A stretch of DNA of 64,000 nt. It comes from Vulcanococcus sp. (GTDB taxonomy: Bacteria > Cyanobacteriota > Cyanobacteriia > PCC-6307 > Cyanobiaceae). Below the pieces are notes generated by a model that ran no database searches, had not been told where the DNA came from, and saw nothing but the letters and a program-made list of their open reading frames with translations. The stretch lies in the NCBI RefSeq assembly GCF_049418265.1, contig NZ_JBMSIW010000001.1. The stretch is one strand, 5' to 3'. The position numbers and the translations under genes were made by a program. Each line of letters opens with the position of its first letter. Positions within the stretch are counted from its first letter, which is position 1. Positions 46,912-55,816 of the stretch are shown one piece after another.

Positions 46912-47156
46912 CCCGGACCCCCAGCCGCTACGCGATTCATCTGCTGCTGACGGGCGGCCATGAACAGGTGGTGCACTTCCCCAGCCTCGATGCCTTCCAG
47001 CAGTGGTACGGCACGGTGCTGAACGCAGGGCCCGCCGATGCCTTCATCAACGTCCCGATCACGGATCTGCCCGGGGAGTACCTGGTGGTCCGCCCCAGTG
47101 CGGTGCAGGGCATCCGAGTGGAGCCGATCTATGGCGCCCTCGATGACGAGGACTAG
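46908..47156 (+). CDS. small hypothetical protein
   Basis: MTRTPSRYAIHL..GEYLVVRPSAVQGIRVEP; ATGA overlap with the DUF1643 gene. Confidence 0.7.
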   Translation: MTRTPSRYAIHLLLTGGHEQVVHFPSLDAFQQWYGTVLNAGPADAFINVPITDLPGEYLVVRPSAVQGIRVEPIYGALDDED

Positions 47157-47163
47157 TCGCTAA

Positions 47164-48600
47164 CTAGAGGCTGCGTTCGATGCGGGCACGGGCTTCGCCG
47201 CTCGGTTGCAGCAGCAACCAGGTGGTGAGCAGGTCCGGACCCTGAAGGCTGCCCAGCAGTGCGGCCCGCAGGGTTTTCATCAGGACACCCTTTTTGACGC
47301 CGGCCTCAGCGACGGCTTTGCCCAGCAACTCCTGGGCGGTGTCTGCGCTGATCGGTCCTTCCGGGAGCTGGTGCAGCAGGGCCTGCAGGGCCGGACGGGC
47401 ACCGTCTTGGCCCAGCTGCTGCAGGGCCGCCTCACTGAGCTCAGGACGCTCGAAGAAGGCGCGGGCCTGCTCGATGCCATCCGCGAGCGTGACCAGGGAG
47501 GGGCCGAGCAGAGCGCAGAGTTCCAGCAGCCAGGCCTGGTCAGCGCTACTCCAGCCCTGGGCATTCCAGAGGGGCTGCAGGTCGGCCAGCAGTTGTTCGG
47601 GGCTGCGCTCGTGCAGCACCTGGCTGTTGAGCCAGTTCAGCTTGTCCCAGTCGAAACGGGCTCCGGCCTTGTTGACGCGGTCAAAACCAAAGACGGCGGC
47701 GGCATCGCTCAGGCTGAAGCGCTCATCCATGCCTTCCGGCGGGGACCAGCCCAGCAGGGTCATGTAGTTGGCGAGGGCCTCGGCGGTGTAGCCCTGGGCG
47801 CGGAAGTCGTTGACCGAGGTGACCCCGTCGCGCTTGGAGAGCTTTTTGCCCTCCTTGTTGAGGATCAGGGGGGTGTGGGCGAAGACCGGAGCAGGGGCGC
47901 CGAGGGCTTCGTAGAGCAGGAGCTGTTTGGCGGTGTTGGCGATGTGGTCTTCGCCGCGAATCACGTGGGTGATGGCCATGGCGGCGTCGTCGACCACCAC
48001 GACGAGGTTGTAGAGGGGGTCGCCGATCTGATCGGCAGGGGCGCGCCGGGCAATCACCATGTCGCCGCCGAGGTCCGCGCCGGACCAGCGCATCTCGCCC
48101 CGCACCAGATCGGTCCAGGTGATGACCGCCTCGTCGTCCATGCGGAAGCGAATCGTGGCTTCCCGGCCTTCGGCGATGTAGGCCTGCTCCTGTTCGGCGC
48201 TGAGATCGCGATGGCGGTTGTCGTAGCGGGGGGCGCGGTTCTCGGCGGCCTGGCGCTCCCGCATCTCGGTGAGTTCCGCTTCGCTGGCGTAGCAGCGGTA
48301 GGCCTTGCCGGAATCCAGCAGCTGCTGAATGGCGGCGCGGTGCTCAGCGATCCGCTCGCTCTGAATGACGGGCTCGCTGTCCCAGTTGATGCCGAGCCAC
48401 TGCAGGCCTTCCAGGATGTTGGCGGTGTATTCGGGCTTGCTGCGCTCCTTGTCGGTGTCCTCGATCCGCAGCAGGAACTTCCCGCCGTGATGCCGCGCGA
48501 AGAGCCAGTTGAAGACGGCGGTCCGCGCCGTGCCGATGTGAAGCGTGCCGGTGGGGCTGGGGGCGAGACGCACACGGACCGCCGCTCCAGTTTCAGCCAC
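47164..48600 (-). CDS. gltX: glutamate--tRNA ligase
   Basis: [30 protein letters not shown]. Confidence 0.97.
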   Translation of the reverse strand: MAETGAAVRVRLAPSPTGTLHIGTARTAVFNWLFARHHGGKFLLRIEDTDKERSKPEYTANILEGLQWLGINWDSEPVIQSERIAEHRAAIQQLLDSGKAYRCYASEAELTEMRERQAAENRAPRYDNRHRDLSAEQEQAYIAEGREATIRFRMDDEAVITWTDLVRGEMRWSGADLGGDMVIARRAPADQIGDPLYNLVVVVDDAAMAITHVIRGEDHIANTAKQLLLYEALGAPAPVFAHTPLILNKEGKKLSKRDGVTSVNDFRAQGYTAEALANYMTLLGWSPPEGMDERFSLSDAAAVFGFDRVNKAGARFDWDKLNWLNSQVLHERSPEQLLADLQPLWNAQGWSSADQAWLLELCALLGPSLVTLADGIEQARAFFERPELSEAALQQLGQDGARPALQALLHQLPEGPISADTAQELLGKAVAEAGVKKGVLMKTLRAALLGSLQGPDLLTTWLLLQPSGEARARIERSL

Positions 48601-48624
48601 TGGTCTTGCCTCGAGAGTTGAGAA

Positions 48625-48698
48625 CGGGACTGACGGGGCTCGAACCCGCAACTTCCGCCGTGACAGGGCGGTGCTCTAACCGATTGAACTACAGTCCC
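48625..48698 (-). tRNA. trnD: tRNA-Asp (GTC)
   Basis: Reverse complement GGGACTGTAGTTCAATCGGTTAGAGCACCGCCCTGTCACGGCGGAAGTTGCGGGTTCGAGCCCCGTCAGTCCCG. Confidence 0.96.
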
Positions 48699-48844
48699 AT
48701 GAGTGCTCGAAAGAGCTCTCCCAGTCAGGGCTTTTGGGCCTTGTCTGGATCGCCGCGGCGACCTCAAAAGTATCCGTTGTCGCCCTGCCCTCCGTCAACA
48801 ACCTCGCGCAACAACCTGGCTGAGAACGCCGGCGGATTGGCATC

Positions 48845-48872
48845 AAAAAAGCCCGTCCGAAGACGGGCTTTT
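48845..48872. terminator. bidirectional Rho-independent terminator
   Basis: aaaaaa-gcccgtc-cgaa-gacgggc-tttt. Confidence 0.85.
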
Positions 48873-48910
48873 CACGGCGTTGAACCAGCGGGAGCTGGCA
48901 TCAACTGCGG

Positions 48911-49099
48911 TCAGGGCCGGAAGCCTGCGGGTTCAATCAGGCGAACTTGGTTGCCACGGGCGGTGAATTCGCGGCCTTGGTCGCTTTGAACGACCACGCG
49001 ACCGCCGGATTTGACGCGGATCACCCGGGCACGAACCCAGCCGAGGGCGGCTGATTCCAGAACCTTGACCACATCACCGGGCTGTAGATCCAACTCCAT
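48911..49099 (-). CDS. hcp: Prochlorococcus/Synechococcus hyperconserved protein (PSHCP)
   Basis: MELDLQPGDVVKVLESAALGWVRARVIRVKSGGRVVVQSDQGREFTARGNQVRLIEPAGFRP, in the rplS-tRNA-Trp-hcp-tRNA-Asp-gltX context. Confidence 0.93.
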   Translation of the reverse strand: MELDLQPGDVVKVLESAALGWVRARVIRVKSGGRVVVQSDQGREFTARGNQVRLIEPAGFRP

Positions 49100-49136
49100 G
49101 TCCGGAAACGAGAGACTGCAAGGAGGGGACATCGAA

Positions 49137-49209
49137 CGCGCCGTGGAGGACTTGAACCCCCGACATCAGGTTTTGGAGACCTGCGTTCTACCAACTGAAC
49201 TAACGGCGC
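49137..49209 (-). tRNA. trnW: tRNA-Trp (CCA)
   Basis: Reverse complement GCGCCGTTAGTTCAGTTGGTAGAACGCAGGTCTCCAAAACCTGATGTCGGGGGTTCAAGTCCTCCACGGCGCG. Confidence 0.96.
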
Positions 49210-49307
49210 AGGGCCGATGTCCCCCCAGCTGAACGACCTGATGAGCCAGGTCCTTCAGCAGGCCACAACCAAACAGTTGTGGCCGTTGTGCTGTAACCGC
49301 AAGGGCC

Positions 49308-49820
49308 TCAGCGATCGAAGCGCTGCTTAACGCGAGTGGCTTTGCCCACCCGGTCACGCAGATAGAAGAGCTTCGCCCGGCGCACTTTACCGCGACGCTC
49401 CACCTTGATGGAGGCCACCTGGGGGCTGTGAATCATGAAGACACGCTCAACGCCCACGCCCTGGAAGATGCGGCGAACGGTGATGGTCTCGTTCAGACCG
49501 CCGTGGCGCTTGGCGATCACCACGCCCTCGTAGGGCTGGATGCGTTCCTTGTTGCCCTCGGTGATGCGCACGCCCACGCGGACGGTGTCGCCCACGTAGA
49601 TGTCAGGCAGCTCCTTGGGGTTCTTGGCGATCTGCTCGGCTTCGAAGGCCTGCATCAGCGCGTAGGCGCTGAGCTTGCCCACGGTGGCCTTGGCGGCAGC
49701 AGGCTTCTTCTCGGCAACAGCAACGCTGGCCTCGGCTGCAGGAGCAGCCTCGGTGCTGGCAGCTTCGTTGATCTCTTCGTTCTGGATCTCGTCGGTCATG
49801 TCTTTGGATTCCGCTGCCAT
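49308..49820 (-). CDS. rplS: 50S ribosomal protein L19 with acidic Ala-rich N-terminal extension
   Basis: [41 protein letters not shown]. Confidence 0.96.
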   Translation of the reverse strand: MAAESKDMTDEIQNEEINEAASTEAAPAAEASVAVAEKKPAAAKATVGKLSAYALMQAFEAEQIAKNPKELPDIYVGDTVRVGVRITEGNKERIQPYEGVVIAKRHGGLNETITVRRIFQGVGVERVFMIHSPQVASIKVERRGKVRRAKLFYLRDRVGKATRVKQRFDR

Positions 49821-49863
49821 CCCAGCTCCGTAAAACGCCTGGCCAAACAACCAGTGTACTGGC

Positions 49864-50169
49864 TCAAGGTGCCACCTCCCCCTGACCCCATTTCCGGAGC
49901 AGGGCCCGGCCCGCGAGGGTGGCGCCAGTGGCCAGCATCCAGAGCAGGCCCAGTCCATTGAGAAGGACATAGATCGGCTCGGCCCAGGAACCCAGCCATT
50001 CGCCCTCGTGCAGGACCATCAGCCAGTGCACCTGGTCGCGGCTGAGGCCGCCCCAGTCCTTGAGCAGGCGGTAACTCATGCCGCTGCAGACGGTGAGCAG
50101 CAGCGGGGCGAGCACCACGGGGGCCATGGCGGCGTGCAGCCGCCGCACCAGAACCAGGGGCTTGCTCAT
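49864..50169 (-). CDS. PepSY-associated TM-helix small membrane protein
   Basis: [23 protein letters not shown]. Confidence 0.7.
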   Translation of the reverse strand: MSKPLVLVRRLHAAMAPVVLAPLLLTVCSGMSYRLLKDWGGLSRDQVHWLMVLHEGEWLGSWAEPIYVLLNGLGLLWMLATGATLAGRALLRKWGQGEVAP

Positions 50170-50240
50170 CGGAAGAGAGCCTGGCGGCAGGAACTCGGGC
50201 CCAGGTTCTAACTTGCAAAGAGCAGGCCTGCACCGCTGGG

Positions 50241-51110
50241 ATGAACCTCTTCGCTGATTTGCTGGCCGCGACCCAGAAGGAACAGCAGGGTCAAGTCGCC
50301 CAGCCGGTGGTGACCCAGACCGGACCCCGCATCCAGAAAAGTCGGCGGGGCGTGGAGGTCAAGAGCGCCCGCGAGATCGAGACCATGCGCCAGGCCAGCC
50401 GCATCGTGGCGACGGTTCTGCGGGAAATCATGGAGATGGCCGCGCCGGGGATGACCACCGGCGATCTCGATGCGCACGCCGAGAAGCGCATCCGTGAGAT
50501 GGGAGCGGTGCCGAGCTTCAAGGGCTATCACGGTTTTCCGGCCAGCATCTGCGCCTCGATCAACAACGAGGTGGTGCACGGCATCCCCAGCAACAAGCGT
50601 CTGATCAAGGCCGGTGATCTGGTGAAGATCGACACGGGGGCCTATTTCGACGGCTACCACGGCGACAGCTGCGTGAGCATCCTGGTGGGCGATCAGGCGC
50701 CCGAGCAGGCGAAGGCCCTGGCGAAGGTGGCCCAGGAATCCCTGATGAAGGGTCTGGCCACGGTGAAGGCTGGCAGCACCCTCTTTGAGCTGGCCGGCGC
50801 GGTGCAGGACCACGTCGAAGCCCACGGCTTCGCGGTGGTGGAGGACTACACGGGCCACGGCGTGGGCCGCAACCTCCACGAGGAGCCCTCGGTGTTCAAC
50901 TACCGCACCCGCGATCTGCCCAACATGAAGCTGAGGGCCGGCATGACCCTGGCGGTGGAGCCGATCCTCAATGCCGGCAGCAAGGCCTGCCGCACCCTGA
51001 AGGATCGCTGGACGGTGGTGACCGTGGACGGCAGCCTCTCGGCCCAGTGGGAGCACACCATTGCCGTGACCAGTGACGGCTGCGAGATCCTCACGGACCG
51101 CGACTTCTGA
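50241..51110 (+). CDS. map: methionine aminopeptidase type I
   Basis: [37 protein letters not shown]. Confidence 0.96.
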   Translation: MNLFADLLAATQKEQQGQVAQPVVTQTGPRIQKSRRGVEVKSAREIETMRQASRIVATVLREIMEMAAPGMTTGDLDAHAEKRIREMGAVPSFKGYHGFPASICASINNEVVHGIPSNKRLIKAGDLVKIDTGAYFDGYHGDSCVSILVGDQAPEQAKALAKVAQESLMKGLATVKAGSTLFELAGAVQDHVEAHGFAVVEDYTGHGVGRNLHEEPSVFNYRTRDLPNMKLRAGMTLAVEPILNAGSKACRTLKDRWTVVTVDGSLSAQWEHTIAVTSDGCEILTDRDF

Positions 51111-51857
51111 TCAGCCCGCTGGCTGGCTGACGGCGCGGAAGTAGAGCCAGCGGCTGCAGGTGGCCAGCGGCATCAGCAGGTAGGTCAGCGGGTTGGGGGT
51201 CACGATCACCAGGGAGCAGTTCCAGCTCACCTGCCGCAGGATTTCCCGCGCGACGAAGCTGGCGCTCATCAGTCCGATCGGATTGAGCGCCGAACGGAAG
51301 GGGCCGAGTACCAGCCGGCGAATGCGAAGGTTCGGACCCGCTAGATCAAGGCTGCGCAGGCTCAGCAGCTGCCCCTGCAGTCGCTTGCTGATCTCGTAGA
51401 GCGGACTGACGGCCGCCTGGATCTCGGCTTCAGAGGTGTTGATCCAGACCTCCCGGGGCCGGCTGGCTTTGAGGGAGGCAAACAGCTCCAGCAGCCTCCA
51501 GCTGCTGAGGGCATTGACTTCCAGGGAGCGCTCAACAGCAGCGGCGCTGCGGTCGCCGTGGCTGTTGATCCCATGGTTGATCACCAGGACGTCGCAGCGC
51601 TCCAGCAGGGGCGCGAGCTCCTGTTCAGCGCCGCAGCGCCAGGAGATCTGCTCAAGGGGAATCGGTGTGCCCTCGGCATCCGCCAGGGTCAGGGGCGTCT
51701 GGCTGCTGGTCAGGGCGATCAACTGGGCCCCTTGGGCGTGCAACTGCTGAAGCAGGGCCTGGCCGAGGCTGCCGCTGGCTCCCGTTACGGCAACGGTGCG
51801 TCCTTGGAACCGCTCGAGGCGCATGCGCAGCTGGGCGTTGCGGTCAGCATGCGTCAT
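51111..51857 (-). CDS. SDR-family oxidoreductase
   Basis: VAVTGASGSLG, INHG, PLYEISKR. Confidence 0.85.
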   Translation of the reverse strand: MTHADRNAQLRMRLERFQGRTVAVTGASGSLGQALLQQLHAQGAQLIALTSSQTPLTLADAEGTPIPLEQISWRCGAEQELAPLLERCDVLVINHGINSHGDRSAAAVERSLEVNALSSWRLLELFASLKASRPREVWINTSEAEIQAAVSPLYEISKRLQGQLLSLRSLDLAGPNLRIRRLVLGPFRSALNPIGLMSASFVAREILRQVSWNCSLVIVTPNPLTYLLMPLATCSRWLYFRAVSQPAG

Positions 51858-51882
51858 CCTCGGATCAGAGAGGTGCGCTGGC

Positions 51883-52257
51883 ATGTCGGCCGGTTTGGTG
51901 GCCTTGTTTGCCCCCTACTGCCAGGGCGGCGTGCGCGCCGAGGCCCTGGGCATGGCACTGGACCTGCTCGCGGTTGGTCAGTTGCGGGGCATGCGCCCCC
52001 TGCGTCCCGCCGGTGAGCGGCCCTTTGTGTTGCGCTGGACGCCCGGTGTTGCTCCCCTGGAGCCGGCTCAGGTGGAGCTGATGGTGGGGGGGGAGGGCAG
52101 CGCCCACTACAGCTTTTCGCTGGCCACTCATCAATTGGTGCTCTGGTTGATGGATTGGCTGGCGGCGGGCGGCAGCGAGACCCAGGCCGCTGATTTGCCT
52201 GAGAGCTTTTGGCAATGGTTGCTGCTGGGGCGGGAACCCACGGCTGGGGAGCCTTAG
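51883..52257 (+). CDS. ebsA: EbsA-like type IV pilus/secretion protein
   Basis: ALFAPY..ALDL..GQLRG.R..PFVLRW; upstream of the phosphotransacetylase-family gene as recalled for cyanobacteria. Confidence 0.6.
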   Translation: MSAGLVALFAPYCQGGVRAEALGMALDLLAVGQLRGMRPLRPAGERPFVLRWTPGVAPLEPAQVELMVGGEGSAHYSFSLATHQLVLWLMDWLAAGGSETQAADLPESFWQWLLLGREPTAGEP

Positions 52258-52281
52258 ATTCCCTCGAACGACTAAGGGTCC

Positions 52282-53406
52282 ATGGATCTGGGAAGCGCGT
52301 CGACATCCGCCCGCTCTTCAGCTCTGTTGATCGGATCCTGTGCGCCGTTCAGCGGCAAGTCAGCGGTGGTGCTCGGTCTGGCCAGGCAGCTGCTGCAACG
52401 GGGCGTGCCGGTGCGGGTGGGCAAGCCCCTGGCCGACAGCGCTGAGAGCACCCCGGCCGCCGGGCCCGATGGCCGTCTGATCGATGACGACGTGCGCTTC
52501 GTCGGTCAGATCCTGGGGTTGGCGGACGAGCAGCTGGTGCCCTCGGTGCTGCTCCAGGACCCCCAAAGCGCCCGCCAGCGTCTGCTGGAAGGCAACCTCC
52601 AACCCGGAGATGGTTTCGCCGCTCTGCGCCAGCAGCTGCAGACCTATCCGGATGGCGTCACGGTGATGGAGGCCTCCGGCAGCCTCAACGACGGTCGCCT
52701 CTATGGCCTCAGCTTGGCCCAGGTGGCCCAGGGCCTGCAGGCGCCTGTGCTGCTGGTGCATGCCTGGGAAGGCAGCGGCAGCGTGGAACCGCTGCTGGCC
52801 GCCAAGGAGCAGCTGGGGGATCTGCTGGCGGGGGTGGTGCTGAACGGGGTGCCGCCGGAGCAGGTCAATGCCCTGCGCTCGGATGTGGTGCCGGCGTTGG
52901 AGCGTCTGGGACTGCCGGTGCTGGGGGTGATGCCCCGTTCGCCCCTGCTGCGCAGCGTCACCGTGGAGGAACTGGCCCGGCGTTTGGATGCCCGCACCCT
53001 CTGCTGCGCGGAGCGCCACGACCTGCTGGTGGAGACACTCTCCATCGGCGCCATGAACGTCAATTCGGCGATGGAGTTCTTCCGCCGCCGCCGCAACATG
53101 GCCGTGGTGACCGGTGCCGATCGCACCGACATTCAGTTGGCGGCCCTGGAGGCCTCCACCCAGTGCCTGATCCTGACGGGGGCGGGCGATCCCTTGCCCC
53201 AGTTGATTTCAAGGGCAGAAGAGCTGGAAGTGCCTTTGCTGAAGGTGGAGCACGACACCCTCACCACGGTCGAGGTGATCGAGAACGCCTTCGGACAGGT
53301 TCGTCTGCATGAATCCGTCAAGGCCACCTATGCCTTCCGCCTGGTGGAAGAGCACTGCGACTTCGAGCCTCTCTTCACCCGTCTGCGGCTGCCGGTTACC
53401 GCATAA
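52282..53406 (+). CDS. phosphotransacetylase-family protein (BioD-like N-terminus, DRTGG domain)
   Basis: FSGKSAVVLGL, IGAMNV, VVTGADRTDIQLAALE. Confidence 0.85.
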   Translation: MDLGSASTSARSSALLIGSCAPFSGKSAVVLGLARQLLQRGVPVRVGKPLADSAESTPAAGPDGRLIDDDVRFVGQILGLADEQLVPSVLLQDPQSARQRLLEGNLQPGDGFAALRQQLQTYPDGVTVMEASGSLNDGRLYGLSLAQVAQGLQAPVLLVHAWEGSGSVEPLLAAKEQLGDLLAGVVLNGVPPEQVNALRSDVVPALERLGLPVLGVMPRSPLLRSVTVEELARRLDARTLCCAERHDLLVETLSIGAMNVNSAMEFFRRRRNMAVVTGADRTDIQLAALEASTQCLILTGAGDPLPQLISRAEELEVPLLKVEHDTLTTVEVIENAFGQVRLHESVKATYAFRLVEEHCDFEPLFTRLRLPVTA

Positions 53407-53443
53407 ACACTGCTAATTTCAAAAAGTCAGCTGGTGTTGTGCG

Positions 53444-53956
53444 TTGACCCGGTCCCTTGATCTGCCGGCCCTCGACCGGATCGACACCCTGGCGCAAGAG
53501 TTGGCCATGCTGCAGGACCGCAGCAAGCGCCGGATCGCGATTCTCGGCAGCCGTCACGTGCCGGTCGTCTCGGTGCATCTGGTGGAGTTGGTCTCCCGCT
53601 CCTTGGCCCAGGAGGGCCACAGCCTGATCACCTCCGGTGCCCAGGGCGTCAACGCCGCGGTGATCCGCAGCGTTTTGGAGGTGGATGCCGCACGGCTCAC
53701 CGTGCTGCTGCCCCAGAGCCTGGAGCGTCAGCCACGGGAATCGCGCGATCAGCTCGATCGCGTGCTGCATCTGGTGGAGAAGCCGGAAAACGATGAGCTG
53801 CCGTTGCCCATGGCCAGCAGCCTCTGCAACCAGGAGATCATTCGCCGCTGCGATCAGCTGATCTGCTTTGCCTTCCACGACAGCGAGACCCTGCTGGCCA
53901 GCTGCAGGGCCGCTGAAGACATGGGCAAGGTGGTCAGCCTGATGTTCTTCGACTGA
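53444..53956 (+). CDS. DprA/Smf-like Rossmann-fold protein (DNA recombination-mediator A family)
   Basis: IAILGSR, ITSGAQGVNAAVIR, LTVLLPQSL, CNQEII. Confidence 0.75.
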   Translation: MTRSLDLPALDRIDTLAQELAMLQDRSKRRIAILGSRHVPVVSVHLVELVSRSLAQEGHSLITSGAQGVNAAVIRSVLEVDAARLTVLLPQSLERQPRESRDQLDRVLHLVEKPENDELPLPMASSLCNQEIIRRCDQLICFAFHDSETLLASCRAAEDMGKVVSLMFFD

Positions 53957-54373
53957 TCAGCCCGCCGCAGCGATCACAGCGCGAAGACCGCTGAGGTAGA
54001 GCCCGCCAGCGCAGACCATGCCCCCCGCCCAGCAGAGGGAGCGCAGGGGGGGCAGGTTCGCGACGTAGGCCGCGATATAGGCCAGTCGCAGGGCGGGGTA
54101 AGCCCAGGCGGCGCTGATGGCGAGGTCGCTATCCACCTTTGCGATCAGGCAGAGCAGGGCGGCCGGTGCGTAGAGGATGTAGGCCTCAAAGCTATTGAGG
54201 TGCGCCCAGTTGGCGCGCTTGCCCCACTCAGGCAGGCGCTCGGCCATCGCCCGTGGTGCTGCCAGATCGCTGATCTGAAAGTTGGCCTTGGAGCGGGCGG
54301 CCCCGAGGGGAACCAGGCTTGCCACCACGACGCCCGCGCTGAGCAGCAGGGACCAGGCAAAGGCGGGATGCAT
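53957..54373 (-). CDS. MAPEG-family membrane protein
   Basis: RANWAHLNSFE, RLAYIAAY..LRSL. Confidence 0.85.
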   Translation of the reverse strand: MHPAFAWSLLLSAGVVVASLVPLGAARSKANFQISDLAAPRAMAERLPEWGKRANWAHLNSFEAYILYAPAALLCLIAKVDSDLAISAAWAYPALRLAYIAAYVANLPPLRSLCWAGGMVCAGGLYLSGLRAVIAAAG

Positions 54374-54435
54374 GGGGCGGTGGGCTGAGTTGCCTCCTTT
54401 TCTAGGCTGTGGGCAGCACGGATCTGGCGCGCTTT

Positions 54436-54927
54436 ATGGCATCCACCTACTCCTTCGACGTCGTTTCTGATTTCGATTGGCAGGAATTGGTGAATACCCT
54501 CGACCAGGTGCGCCGGGATGTCGCCACCCGCTACGACCTGAAGGATTCCGGCACGGAGGTGGATCTGGAAGAGACCAGCTTCACCATCACCACCGCCAGC
54601 GACATGACGCTCCAGGCCGTGGAAGATGTGCTGCGCCAGAAGGCCACCAAGCGCAATCTTTCCCTGAAGATCTTTGATTTTCAGACCCCCGAACCGGTCG
54701 GTGGCAACAAGGTCAAGCAGGTGGTCAAGCTGCGCAAAGGCCTCTCGCAGGACCTGGCCAAAAAGCTGAGCAAGACCATCCGCGACGAGCTCAAAAAAGT
54801 CACGGTCGCGATCCAGGGAGACGCCCTGCGCATCACCGGTAAGAGCAAAGACGATCTCCAGGCCGCCATCAACCTGCTCAAAGAGCAGGACGTCGAAGTG
54901 CCCCTGCAGTTCCAGAACTATCGCTAG
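54436..54927 (+). CDS. yajQ: YajQ-family cyclic-di-GMP/nucleotide-binding protein
   Basis: SFDVVS, RYDLK, IQGDALRITGKSKDDLQ, LQFQNYR. Confidence 0.93.
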   Translation: MASTYSFDVVSDFDWQELVNTLDQVRRDVATRYDLKDSGTEVDLEETSFTITTASDMTLQAVEDVLRQKATKRNLSLKIFDFQTPEPVGGNKVKQVVKLRKGLSQDLAKKLSKTIRDELKKVTVAIQGDALRITGKSKDDLQAAINLLKEQDVEVPLQFQNYR

Positions 54928-55796
54928 GTCGCGATCACGATTTCTGGGTGGCGCGCGGCGATCGGGGCGAGCCGCTCCAGCAGGGTTTGCCGCAGGGCCG
55001 CGATGGAGGGGCTGCTGGCAAAGGCACGCTTGACGATCAGCGCATCGCCCGAGCGGATCGGTAGATCCAGGGGAAGGCGGTGCAGCCCCCCGCCGCTGAT
55101 CTCCAGGCTCATGGCGGTGGCGTAGCCGATGGTGAGCTGCTCTTCGCTGAGCCCTTCCCAGCGGCGGCGGTCGTAGCGATCCATGCGCACCGGTGAGGAC
55201 CAGAGCCCCACCTGCTTGAGGGCAGCCTCGACCTTGGGGTAAGCCCCGCTCGGCAGCGCCAGGCTGGGAAACGGCGATAGGTCCTCAAAGCGCAGCGATG
55301 GGCGCTCGAGCAGCGGGTGATTCGGTCCCACCACGCAGTGCACGGGCATCTCCGAGAGAGGCAAGGCGGTGAGTTCGGGATCCTCCGGCTCCGGGAGGTC
55401 AGGTCCCGCACCGATCCAGGCATCCACAATCCCCAGCCGCAGCAGGCTCAGGTTGCGGGGCATGCCGACGATGTTGCCGAGCCCCAGGACCCAGCCGTTG
55501 GGAGCCGGGTCGCAGAGCAAGGGCCTTGACCAGTAGGTGGCCTCGAGCCTCAGCGGTCCGTGGCCCAACCAGCGGGCCTGCTGATGCACGCTCCGTTCCG
55601 CAAAGAGGAGGGCGTGATCCGCCAGCAGATCCCACTCCCCGTCAACTTTTTTGGTCTCAACGCCAAAGACTCGCTGGCACTGCTGGGCGCGCCGGCAAAT
55701 CGTGGATTGGTTGAGCGAGAGGGTCTGCGCTGCGGCTTCTCCGGTCCGCAGCCAGAGCAAGCCGTCCAGGGCGGCGAGGGTCTCGAGATCAACCAT
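54924..55796 (-). CDS. LysR-family transcriptional regulator
   Basis: N-terminal HTH AAAQTLSLNQSTICRR; substrate domain VGPNHPL. Confidence 0.8.
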   Translation of the reverse strand: MVDLETLAALDGLLWLRTGEAAAQTLSLNQSTICRRAQQCQRVFGVETKKVDGEWDLLADHALLFAERSVHQQARWLGHGPLRLEATYWSRPLLCDPAPNGWVLGLGNIVGMPRNLSLLRLGIVDAWIGAGPDLPEPEDPELTALPLSEMPVHCVVGPNHPLLERPSLRFEDLSPFPSLALPSGAYPKVEAALKQVGLWSSPVRMDRYDRRRWEGLSEEQLTIGYATAMSLEISGGGLHRLPLDLPIRSGDALIVKRAFASSPSIAALRQTLLERLAPIAARHPEIVIAT

Positions 55797-55816
55797 GGTT
55801 CGGAAGGCTACATAGG

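Noticed and set aside
47206-48621. Long antisense ORFs such as 47206..48621 (+), 17167..18279 (+), 10571..11752 (+), 57362..58699 (-) and 7120..8157 (+)
   Set aside because: They shadow well-supported genes on the opposite strand; expected in high-GC DNA and they carry no recognisable motifs
48625-49209. tRNA genes as possible integration sites for the island
   Set aside because: They lie over 5 kb from the island, in conserved context, with no duplicated tRNA 3' end or integrase
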